This document shows, in pieces, positions 40,171 through 51,000 of a stretch of 64,000 nucleotides of DNA. The stretch comes from Phoronis australis. Taxonomy: Eukaryota; Animalia; Phoronida. The notes under the pieces were generated by a model, which had not been told where the DNA came from, did no database searches, and saw only the letters and a program-made list of their open reading frames with translations. The stretch spans positions 302,906 through 366,905 of the forward strand of contig NMRA01000265.1 in the NCBI GenBank assembly GCA_002633005.1. The letters are read 5' to 3'. Made by a program: the position numbers and the translations under genes. Every line of letters starts with the position of its first letter. The first letter of the stretch is position 1.

Positions 40171-40989
40171 TTAACACTTCATATTATTATTTCTGCCAAA
40201 CAATAAGTCATGGAAATCGACGACATTTCGTGCGTCTGTTCGAAAATAGTTCACCAAAACACAATTTACGCGAAACAGAAGCAGGTGAATCTTTTGGTCG
40301 CTTGGCATTCATCTTTGACGTCTGATATTACAAGATAATGCCATGCTTTTTTCGCCTGAAAATGTCGCATATCTGCTTACCTGTAGAGATAATCTGACCG
40401 AATCTAATAATACACGTGATTTCATTGCCTTTCTTCTCGAGATTGGAACATTGACCGTCATTGTAATAAGCTATGCGGATGTTGTAGTATATCTTCGTCC
40501 ACTACAACCTTTCACTCATGTTGTGAATGTTCGCGTTTCTAAATCTGTAGACCAAGAGAATATAGCCAAAATCGATTCTAAGCTGGCATGACTGGCAGTT
40601 GGTTAAATCGGGGCCTATGTATCATGTAGCACACAAAGAAGTAATGCATCTTTGGAGTTTTTTTCATAAAAGTCACCTGAGAGACGTCGGATTTATCTGA
40701 CGGAGTTCATTGAAACATACCAAAACGATACTGATAAAATAGTATAATTGCTGGCGTGTGAGTTTAAAAATGTTTAAATCTGTAGAAACCATGCTTATGT
40801 GTTTGTTAATCACAGACAAATGCAGTACCTATTCTGCAATAGTTTCTAAAGTAGCGGGAAAGGGCGCAACTAGATGTCAGGGACTCCGTAGACGGTCGTA
40901 CAGTTATTGCAGCTGAATCGCCGGAAACTATCCTGCACTAAGTCATTATAACTAAATTTCATGAGCCTTGTATGCAGCAGTGAACCAAT

Positions 40990-41579
40990 CTCGCTGGTTC
41001 CCTGCGTGCTTAGCCCAGCCAGCACGCAGCTATCACACAGTGGCACGCGCTTTAGTATTGGTCAATATAATCTCGGCAGTCATTGGTTAGCTTTACAACA
41101 ACGTGAAAAAATGGCGGACTGTGAACGATTTTTAGCCTTATCATGCAAGTGGCGTCGCAGCAACTATTTCGTTTCTGCAGTTATGTTTAGTAGCCGCGTG
41201 CTTGAAGCACATACATGTACAATGAACACGTATCTGGCCCATTTAACCGGAGTGTTATTCATACTGTATGAATACAGGACACTATCGTAAACAAGTCATC
41301 GACAGTAGAAAGATGCATTCCCTAAAGGCGCAATCACAATTTCTAGGCTTCACATTTCCTGAACATAAATTTTAAGCACCGATTTTTCTGTACAACAGAC
41401 CACATTTTACACTTCAGTCCATCAGTCATGCCAGTTTGTTTGCGTAAAGCGCTGCCTGTTGAGAATTCGACTAACCAATCAGAAACGTCGGTGTAAAAAT
41501 ATTACCGAGGAAAATTAAGTGATACCTGCGTGCTGGCGCGGCTACCGCCCCACCTAGCGGCACGCAGGGAACCAGCGAG
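40990..41579. mobile_element. MITE family A copy 3 (best preserved)
   Basis: Perfect 20-bp TIR CTCGCTGGTTCCCTGCGTGC / GCACGCAGGGAACCAGCGAG; perfect 9-bp TSD TGAACCAAT (40981-40989, 41580-41588). Confidence 0.9.
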
Positions 41580-42594
41580 TGAACCAATGAGATAAATAAA
41601 GAATGCCGCGCTATGATTGGTCAATTTCCCGAATGTACAGACCGTTTCTACTCCTTGTGTATCTAGCCCACTGGCTGAAGCAAAGAAACCATTTCTAAAT
41701 TGCAAAATTTACCACAGATTTCACGAGGTTAATGTCCTAAATCGGAAAATTTTTCTATTGCCGTCAGAGGGTTCACTGCCCTTGGTTACTTGGGCCCTGT
41801 AGAAAATGTTCAAATTTGCCTAAATTCGGATCATCATACCTTAGACATGATGATAAAATTCATGCAAATTATGAAGTTGCATAAAATGAAAACCAAACGA
41901 TATTTTAAATGAGTGTAACAGTATTTTGAGATCTCATCTTGAACATTAATATCAAATAAAATTCGGTCATGTTATTGATACAGTTAATTGCTATCATTGT
42001 TCCTTTCTTTTTTCTAAATTTTACCCAGAATGCATTAAAAAAACAGTGCAGGTGTCCTGATGTCATTTGCGGTACATCAGACGTGTGCAGGCCTCATGGT
42101 TGGACTCATTGCACAAAACACCTGAGCAAAAGCACGAGAGCCCCATTATGGTTCTTCGTGAAGGAAGTTTTCAAATCTGCCAGTCTCCTTTAAGAAAACG
42201 TACAGACGTTTCCATTTGTTGCCATGCACTGTATGTTGTAGGCATGTAACAGTGCCATCCAGTAGGTTGCTCCTTAGCCTATAAAACCTGGGCAAGACTC
42301 TATCAGGTGTTCAGGGGTTTCAACGTCAGTACCACACTCAGCCACACTGGGCTCCCCATATGCCCAGTAAATACATGGCCATATAGCACAATGGTAAAAA
42401 TTCAAAAATCAAATACTACAGGGTTTCTACATATACAAAAAGTATACTTTTACTGTATTAAAATTTGTGTTTTTTTAGATGTTTGATTAAGTCCAATGAA
42501 TGAACTTAAAACCACACTGGGATCGAGCTGTAGTGTGGATGATAATGGTATATAAGTCCACCCACAGGTAAAGCCGACTGGAAGTCATAGAATG

Positions 42595-42817
42595 TAACTG
42601 ATCAAACCATTGTTGAATTCTATTGGTAACTGATCAAATGATTGTTGGATTCTGTTAGTAACTGATCAAATCATTGTTGAATTCTACTGGTAACTGATCA
42701 AATGATTGTTGGATTCTGTTAGTAACTGATCAAATCGTTATTGAATTCTATTGGTAACTGATCAAATGATTGTTGGATTCTGTTAGTAACTGATCAAATC
42801 ATTGTTGAATTCTATTG
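42595..42817. repeat. 32-bp minisatellite x7 with alternating variants
   Basis: TAACTGATCAAATCATTGTTGAATTCTATTGG alternates with TAACTGATCAAATGATTGTTGGATTCTGTTAG. Confidence 0.9.
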
Positions 42818-44113
42818 ATTTTGACTAAAACTTTATTTGTCAAAAAATCAAAACATTGAGCTCGTCATCAGATTATGAAGCCGTACATATATTTTAAGCA
42901 GATGCACGGCAGGTGTGCTTTTACTAGTTTCTCTTTAATTAAAGTACTCGTACACTGCTTTATTTAGTCAAAAATCAGACTATTGACATTTTATCAGATT
43001 GTGAAAGTTTCAGCATGTTAACCGGATACTCGGGCAGGTGTGCGGTGACGAGCTTCTATTTAATCAAGGTACTCAAACATTCAACTTACAGATGTGCAAA
43101 ACTGACTCAGTCTAACTCAGTTACATGCATTATTGAAATAATCCTGCTAGTTCAAAGTAAATGTGTTTTTACTGTTGTTTTTTTTATTGTGTTCGTCTGC
43201 ACCGGAAGTCCTAGCGAATGAGGCAACTCACAGCAGTGAGTAAAATCTTGCAACGGAAACTTTGGTGAGAAAAAAAATCCGACCATACAGTTTTTCTGCC
43301 TTTAGTCACGCTATGCAATCCAGTTAGACCTACCTGGCGTGTTATGGCCTACATACTATAATTATATATATTCCGCTGATATTTCTGGTAACACCATCTA
43401 ATAATAACTGTTGTTCTTAGCTAAATGCTGATTATTCTTTCCTGTGCTATTTACAATGGATACCAAGCGCTTGATCCCTGAGCGTCGGAGTAAGGCCCAC
43501 TCGGGTTAGAACTGGCCACGTGTGATTATAAAGTTTAATATTCCCGTGCATGGAAAAACGATACCCTAATGGTCGTTTTTCAACGTTGAAATAACACTGG
43601 TCAATTTCCACGGAGTGCAAATTAAAGTGTTCAGATGAAAATTGAACACAGGAAAAATGAACTCGCTGCTGTTGAAAGTTGTGAAATAGTTGAAAAGGTT
43701 CATCAGTTTTCGTAGGGTGAACTGGCAATGTGGAGATTGTTCGAGTTCACTACGAACAAGGCGGTGTGCCATTGTTAGACTGATTTCATGAGAGCCCTCA
43801 GTAAAATACCTATTTCGCTAAACTGCAGAGCGAAAGGGTCAGTGCAAAATTTGTCGCCCGCCGGGATGACGACCCGCTAGGGGGATCCACTCCCATTGTG
43901 GCCCGTCCCTTAATTGGCACTGCGTCACTGACGAAGCTGATGAGATCATTACACACTGAGAACAAGTTTACCATTCGTTTCATCAGGTAGTTGTTGTCAT
44001 TCTCAGAGTCACCACTCATGCAATTAACTTGACCCTTTGGTTAGCTGATCTCGTGGCTAGTGCAAATTTGAGCACTAAACTCCCTCAGGTTCTGTTTGCA
44101 CGTAAGCCTCCAT

Positions 44114-44369
44114 CATGCGCGCACCAAGCCTTTAATATGGGGGGTCGAATTTCTGACACCATTTGCTAACAAAAATAGCGGGAGAACTAAAAAACGGGGT
44201 TTTATCCTTATGACCTTCGCAAGTGTACTGTGTCTGCGCCTTTTTAATGGCCTTTTGTCTCATTTTTTCGGACTTTTTGTTTCTCTGAGGCGGACCTTTT
44301 TACCCACTTTGCCAAATGGGGGGGGGGGGGGGCTCGAAAGAGCCCCCCGAGTCCCCCCGGGTGTCCATG
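44114..44369. mobile_element. MITE family B copy 3
   Basis: CATGCGCGCACCAAG left end, degenerate right end, TCCAT on both flanks. Confidence 0.7.
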
Positions 44370-44832
44370 TCCATGTCAAACCTCCTTGCAAATTAATGAA
44401 GCCGGACTGCCGTTTTTTCCTGACTCGGGCGTAACTTCATCTGTTGAAAATTGGAGAACTAAACTGGTTCTCAAATGCGGGGCCCCGCTCCCCGTAAGTA
44501 ACTATTACCCAGAAATGCATAGCCAGTCTGGCCCCGCAGTGTCATTTCACATTTTAAAAAATTTAGACTTTGTCAATACCAGCCGGGTCACTTTTAACGC
44601 TAAGAAACGACTCGGGGGTAATATTCAACGTTGAAAAATGGAGTTATTTTCACGGGATCAAAATTTTAGGTTGTAGTCCCCAAGACAACCGATGCAAAAA
44701 CTCGTCTAACGTAGATATTTTATACACTCTTTCACAGGCTACTTTTCAGTATAGGTGACTTATGCTGTGTTCGAGAGGAAGATATCTTATTGACAAAAAG
44801 CGCCGCCTTTTGTAAGATTATCACGTTCTTTA

Positions 44833-44840
44833 TCACGTGA
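44833..44840 (+). promoter_or_regulatory. Palindromic E-box TCACGTGA just upstream of the HSDL1 ATG
   Basis: bHLH-ZIP type site about 34 nt before the start codon; motif only, function untested. Confidence 0.3.
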
Positions 44841-44873
44841 AGTAAAAAAAGAGTGTCAACTTCAGGAAATAAC

Positions 44874-45084
44874 ATGGCCTTTCGCATTGATGGATTTGAC
44901 ATTCTCTTCAAGGAAATTTCTTCTGTGTTTTCACATTACAGAGATGGTTTTGCATTGCTGGGTGGATATTATGCCTTGGCGTGGACATTTTACGGTTCGC
45001 AAAAGTTAGTCAAAGCCTTTAGGGTGCATGTGGTATCCAAATTTTCTGAGGTCAACCTCGTATGGAAGTTCGGCTCGTGGGCAG
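44874..45084 (+). CDS. HSDL1: HSDL1 exon 1
   Basis: [15 protein letters not shown]...[13 protein letters not shown]...KFGSWA; phase-1 donor G|GTAAAG. Confidence 0.85.
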
Positions 45085-48000
45085 GTAAAGCGGGGTAAAC
45101 CGTAGGCATAGGCAATTACATCGCCGTCGATGCCGCAGGCATAGAGGAGCGATAGTACATCCCCATAAAAAAGTTTCGCATTTCAAAATACAGCAAATAA
45201 AATCGAATGAAACGTGCATAAAGGTCCTGCATAAATGCACACGGAGTTATGGGTAACACCATGACTCAGAATACAATTTAATCAACATAAATTCAATATA
45301 TGCTTGAAAATCTGTCTCGGTTCGCTCGAGTTTCTCTCACCAGGTGCCATTTTGAGGAAGTTCACGCCTGTTGACGAACAAAAAGTCCAAGGGACACAAA
45401 ACCCACAAATTCCACCTTTATTTAGTGATATCTTCTCATCTCATGCTATTTTGCAAGTGTCACGCACCAGGTCACGTGCTTCGCTCAGTCTCGCGCTAGC
45501 CTTTGCCTAACTCACGTGACTCAGTTGAAATATTTTATGGTTATCGCGCACACGGTGAAAAGTTAACGGTGACCAAAAAGTGGAGTTGGAATTCTTCCCC
45601 AAAGTTACCTTAATTCTAGTAGATATGGTTCATCGAAGATATGTGTAGAAGCAGAAAGGATCACTGAAGAAAGTAGGCTCATTTTTAAGTGGTAGTTTTG
45701 AGTGTAGAATGTATTTTTGATGAGATGAAAACTCTTAATCGGTTGGCGGATTTGGCCTACCGCCTGTTTAAATTACATGGGACGAAATTCGTATCGAAAG
45801 CGGCGGGAATGGGAAGTATTGTAGCCCCTAACTGGCCAACCGAGGAGCTACGTGTTGCCTAGGTAAACCGGTGTCACGGTAAACAGTTTTCCTTGGTAAA
45901 CAGTTTTCCTTGGTAAACAGTTTTCCTTGGTAAACAGTTTTCCTTGGTAAACGGTTTTCCATGGTAAACGGTTTTCCTTGGTAAACGGTTTTCCTTGGTA
46001 AACGGTTTTCCTTGGTAAACGGTTTTCCTTGGTAAACGGTTTTCCTTGGTAAACGGTTTTCCTTGGTAAACGGTTTTCCTTGGTAAACAAGTTTCCTAAC
46101 TATTCTCACACATGCATAAATTTTCTCTTCATGCGAGGATAGGAGAAGAATTTTGATTTGAGTAAGTCAGTTTGAGCCAGTATCATTTTTTACAATGACT
46201 TGTTTTTACATCAAATTAGTAGTCCATGATAAAATAAAGTTAAAAACCTATCAAACACCCTACCTGTGGCCCACATTACCCTGGTCACTCAAGAAAAAAT
46301 ACCACTGTAAAATGATTTAACAGTTTGCTCAAAAGGTGGTAATGGTCTGATATAAACATGCCTGAATTTTGAGAACTAGTTTTCTCCATAAACAGGCATC
46401 AAACTGGTTCTCAAAATACAGGCACGTTATATCAGACTATTGCCCATTAGTCTTCCTACTGACCGGGACTTACTTAAGTGTACTATTTTCTATAAAAGAG
46501 TGCTTCAAGGAACGCAGGGTTCTTCCTGAGCAAAAATTTAAATAAGGTAGGGAACAGGTAGTCCCTCGCCTGGCTATACAGGGCTACCCATATGTCTTGT
46601 GTAATTTGAATGGGTGTTAGGCCAAATTGTCTCACTGAATAAGAGGGTACATTTTACACTTAAATTTGTCAATTAAAAATGCATTTACTTTCTTCAACAA
46701 TTCTTTCTGGTTCTGTGCATATCTTTGATGAAGCATGTCCACAGAAATTAAGATGACATTGACGAAGAATTTCAACTCCACTTTTTTGGTTGCTGTTAAC
46801 TTTTGCACCATGTATGATAACCACAAAGTATTTCAATTGACGTCGCGCGACAAGGACAAGCACAAGACTGAGCGAAGCGCGTGACGTGGCGCGTGACACT
46901 TTCAAAAAGAAGCATGGGAAGATATGCGGCGGAATTTGTAAGATCTGTGACCCTTGGACGTTTTGTTCATCAACATGGGTAATTTCACCTAACTTCTTTG
47001 AAGTGGCACCCAGTGAGAAAAACTCCAGTGACTGATTTTCATGCATAGATTCATATTATGTTGATTTAATTGTCTCCAAAATCACGGTATATGTTGATTA
47101 TATCTCAGTGTGTATGCATGTTTCATTTGATGGTATTGGCTGTGTTTCGAGATGAGTTAATTTCTTTAGGGTGGAATGCCTGTGCATATCTGCAGCATTA
47201 ATGGCAATGTAATTGCCTAGTTTGCGCGTAGAAAATGTCTTTTCTGTTAATTCACAAAAACAATAGTTACTCTTTATTTTCACTTGCGGGGCATTTTACT
47301 ATCATTTTCTTGGCTAAATAATAAAAGTGCTCCTCTGTGGAACACTTTGAAGTTTTCATTCGTTTGGCTCAAAAGCATCTGGCTTTTTCAGACATGGTTC
47401 AAAATTTCGAATATGGGTCAGAGCTTTTCTAATGTGGTTCAAGATTTCCAAACAAGGTGCAAAACATTTCAACCATGGTGCTGCACCATGGAGAATGCTG
47501 TAAGTTCTACATACTGGGAAACTTATTTAACATCGTGGTTTGGAAAACGTATTTGCCCTGACACTATCTTGTTATTTTGATGTACTCTGACTAGTAATTT
47601 GTAACACCTTTCATCACCACATTTGCGGCGCACCATAGGGGGCTGGAGGGGCTATAGCCCCCCACTTATCAGTACTACACCGCCCATGGTTAGGCGGTGC
47701 ACTATAGGGGGATGGGGGGCGATAGCCCCCCCAATTATTTCAGTGCTGTGCCACCCATGCATGGATTTATTCCGTCTTATTTTGTTTTGTGTTGTTATTG
47801 GTTATGTTGTTGCAAGTGAAGACGGCGTTTTGCAACTAGAGCTTCACCCTGACTAAACCACCGAAGTCACTTGTACAAAGTACAACAGAAGCCAAATGTA
47901 GTCAGACAAAATGACTCATGATTTCTTATTATGATGGCTGGTTGGAAGCTGGATTCATCATTCCCTTTTGACCGAGAATGAAGGGAATTGACAGGAAAGT

Positions 48001-51000
48001 TTGTAAGGTGGCTAAGTCATTCTGTAATAAGAATTTTGATGCCCTAATACTCGATATTTGCAATTCATTATTAACAGAATTATCTGCACCATGATGGGAA
48101 ACTGATTACTGTTTTGTACTGTATCTTTTGAGTCTGGACACACTTTGGAGGCCGTAGATAACTTTAAATCTTTCAAGCTCAAACAAATACTCTGGAGTTA
48201 AAGATTCTTTTTCAGATTTGCCTCTTCAGTTGTTGATTAAATTGAAGAAGTATGACTTCCATTATTTTGAATGTGCTGGAGGTCAAATAGAATGTTAACA
48301 TACAGAGCAGAGCCGTCAGGAAGCGGAAGGGAGGACGCACCTGATAGTTTTGATATTTCGGAGGCTTGAAAGAAAGACGCTACACAAACTATATGGAACC
48401 CTAGAAAAATGTCGAATTTGGTTAATTTTTACTGACCGGAGTCTTATGGTTAATGCACTATTTTCCAAAATGCTAATAGGAATTGTTTTCAAGATATTCA
48501 ACTTTTGCATGAGGTTAGAACCTAAAACTATGACTTTGATGATCTTATTGGAAAATGAAAATGAAATAGAAAGCTGTCAGCATTTTGGAGATTTCATCTT
48601 GAACAGTTAGAAAAGGAAATTTGGCTATGTTTACTGTTGTTTTGCTAATTGGAATTGTGCGGCCCCATGTGTTTTGAAATCCCAGAAATGTCCGGAAAAA
48701 TAAACTGGATTAATTCCGGAAATGGTGGTGTCCCCAAGGGGTTCATAGATACTTTAAATTATGCTGCCCCTGTTGGCCAACATTGATAATAGATGATCAA
48801 TGCAATACAGTACATGATTCAGCCCCATTGAATTGTGTCCCTACTGGTAAGTGTAAGGCTGGCGATGATTTTTGAACGGATCCAACTTCTGCGGCATCTT
48901 CCTGTGGCAATTTTATTTTTTACCTGTGCCGAAATACAAGATCATTGATTCATCTTCATGAAGTTGGCATGTCTGTCTATTGAGGAGAGTGCAATTTAAT
49001 GTGGATTTTGGAGCACATCCAATTCTTGTGGAGTCGCTTAGTGGCAAATTTTCTTTTCCTTTGTGTTTGCTTTGATAGATCTGCCAAGTTTCTTAATGGA
49101 TTTTCATGGAATTTTGCAAATGCTTTAAGTTACTATCTCAAAGACAACAGTACCAACCCTGTTTCAGATGGATTTAAATTAAAATTGCCCACCTAGTGCC
49201 TCTTTATTGTTTTTTGTACATTGGCAATGGTGATTTCCATGGTATTTATAAGTGGGCAGAGAGGGAGTTGTGGTTTCAAATGATGTTGCATTTGGCATTC
49301 ATTTGTTGTCCATGACTACAGCGCCATCATGATTGTCATCGGCATGCTTATTGCTGAATGATGTCAGCTGTGGTGAAGTTGACAGCGTTTTTGTGAGCGC
49401 TGGATGGGCTCTAGGATCATCAGTGCTGTTTGTTTGCATGTTTGTCCCTACATCGCTGTTGTCATTGTCATTATCAGTGTTGGCTGCAGTATGAACACCA
49501 TCGATGCTGTGTTTGGCATTGGTGATTGCTTTCAGCTTGCCGATGTAGTGAGAGCGTTGCTGTCATCTTGACCCTGAAGGAATCATCATTGTCATCTTGT
49601 GTGTAGGTGGCGCTGTTGTCTCTGGGAGTGGCATCACTTGAGGAGAGATGTACTTTGAAGAAGGATTTGTTAAACTACAAAGTGTTGTAGGACCACATCA
49701 CATTCAATATGTACACATGCTTCTTTAATATTCTAGGAGGATATCGTGGTCTTCAGTTTTATTACCGTTAATTCATCAAAGTATTAAGTTAAATTAATAA
49801 GGAAAAATCTTGATAGATTTCAAAATAACTTATTAAATACTTTTTTCATTTTACAGTGTTCTCTGAAATCAAGCCCTCTCATGAGTCTAAAATCAATGGA
49901 GAACTATCCCGTACATGCCTGTTACATTAATAATTCAATAAAATTAATGTTCAATTCAATTTCACCTGTTTAAAACTGATTTTAACTGAAATTCAATGTG
50001 GATTTAAAGCAAAAAATGTAATTGTCCAGTAATTTTGACCTCCAAGCAATAATAGTCTTGTTAAATCTGTTAAGTTCTCATTTCTTATTTTAGTTGTTAC
50101 TGGTGGGTCACAAGGCATTGGCAAAGCTTACGCGATGGAATTAGCTGCTCGGAAAGTCAACATCATACTCATCGACAAAGACATTCGCAACTTAGATTCA
50201 ACTGCTGAACAAATAGGTACACTATATGTCGTTATTTGAATTTTGAAAAATATTTTGATTGAATTTGCTTTTTAACTTTTCAAGCAATTGCTAACAAATA
50301 CACAATGAAAAGTCAATATTGCAGTCTTTTCTTCTTTCATATTTACAGAAGACGGAAATTTCATTTAGGTTCTGAATCGGACACTGAAAATAAAATTAAT
50401 CCCTAAATATGTAGGATCTGGTCCTTGATTGAAAATATTTACTCATTCTTAATTAAAGCCATGGTGAATTATGTTTTACTGACCAAACAATTTCTATTTT
50501 TTGAGTAAAATTTTGTGTAAAGTACCGGAAATTGACCATTCCGCTTTTTTGATGGAAACTAACTTGCCCTGAGAAGTTACATTCAGAACTTCAATAAATG
50601 AAATGTCACCTCTTGACAAATGTAAAAATCAGTAATTTGATTACGGAATGAAAATGAAACCAATTTTACTATGTAAAGTAGTCTAATTTAAAAGTTGACT
50701 TTTTGACAAAAAATGATGATTTATTGCACACTTAATTACGTCAAAACTCTTGGAAGTGCTTAAATAAGGAAAATGTTTTCTTAATCTCTGAAAATTGCCC
50801 TCATTTCACAGTTTTCTGTTGCTTCATTTGGCACGAGATCACCCTGGCTCTGTTTCATGAAACTATTTTAGTCTCAACTTAGACTGAAATAATAATACTG
50901 TTATTCCATCAAGTGGCACGTTGCGCTTGTTGAACAATACTGTTGATGTCATGGCAACAATAAAACTTGAGACTTCAAGTTTCATGAAACAGAGCCCTAT

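Noticed and set aside
40376-40545. Possible minus-strand exon ending CAG|GTAAGC (divergent transcript from the HSDL1 promoter)
   Set aside because: No coherent reading frame or partner exons could be assembled.
45828-46109. Repetitive ORFs ([17 protein letters not shown])n; CRISPR-like appearance
   Set aside because: Translation of a 17-bp tandem repeat with no unique spacers, in an intron of a eukaryotic gene with no cas genes.
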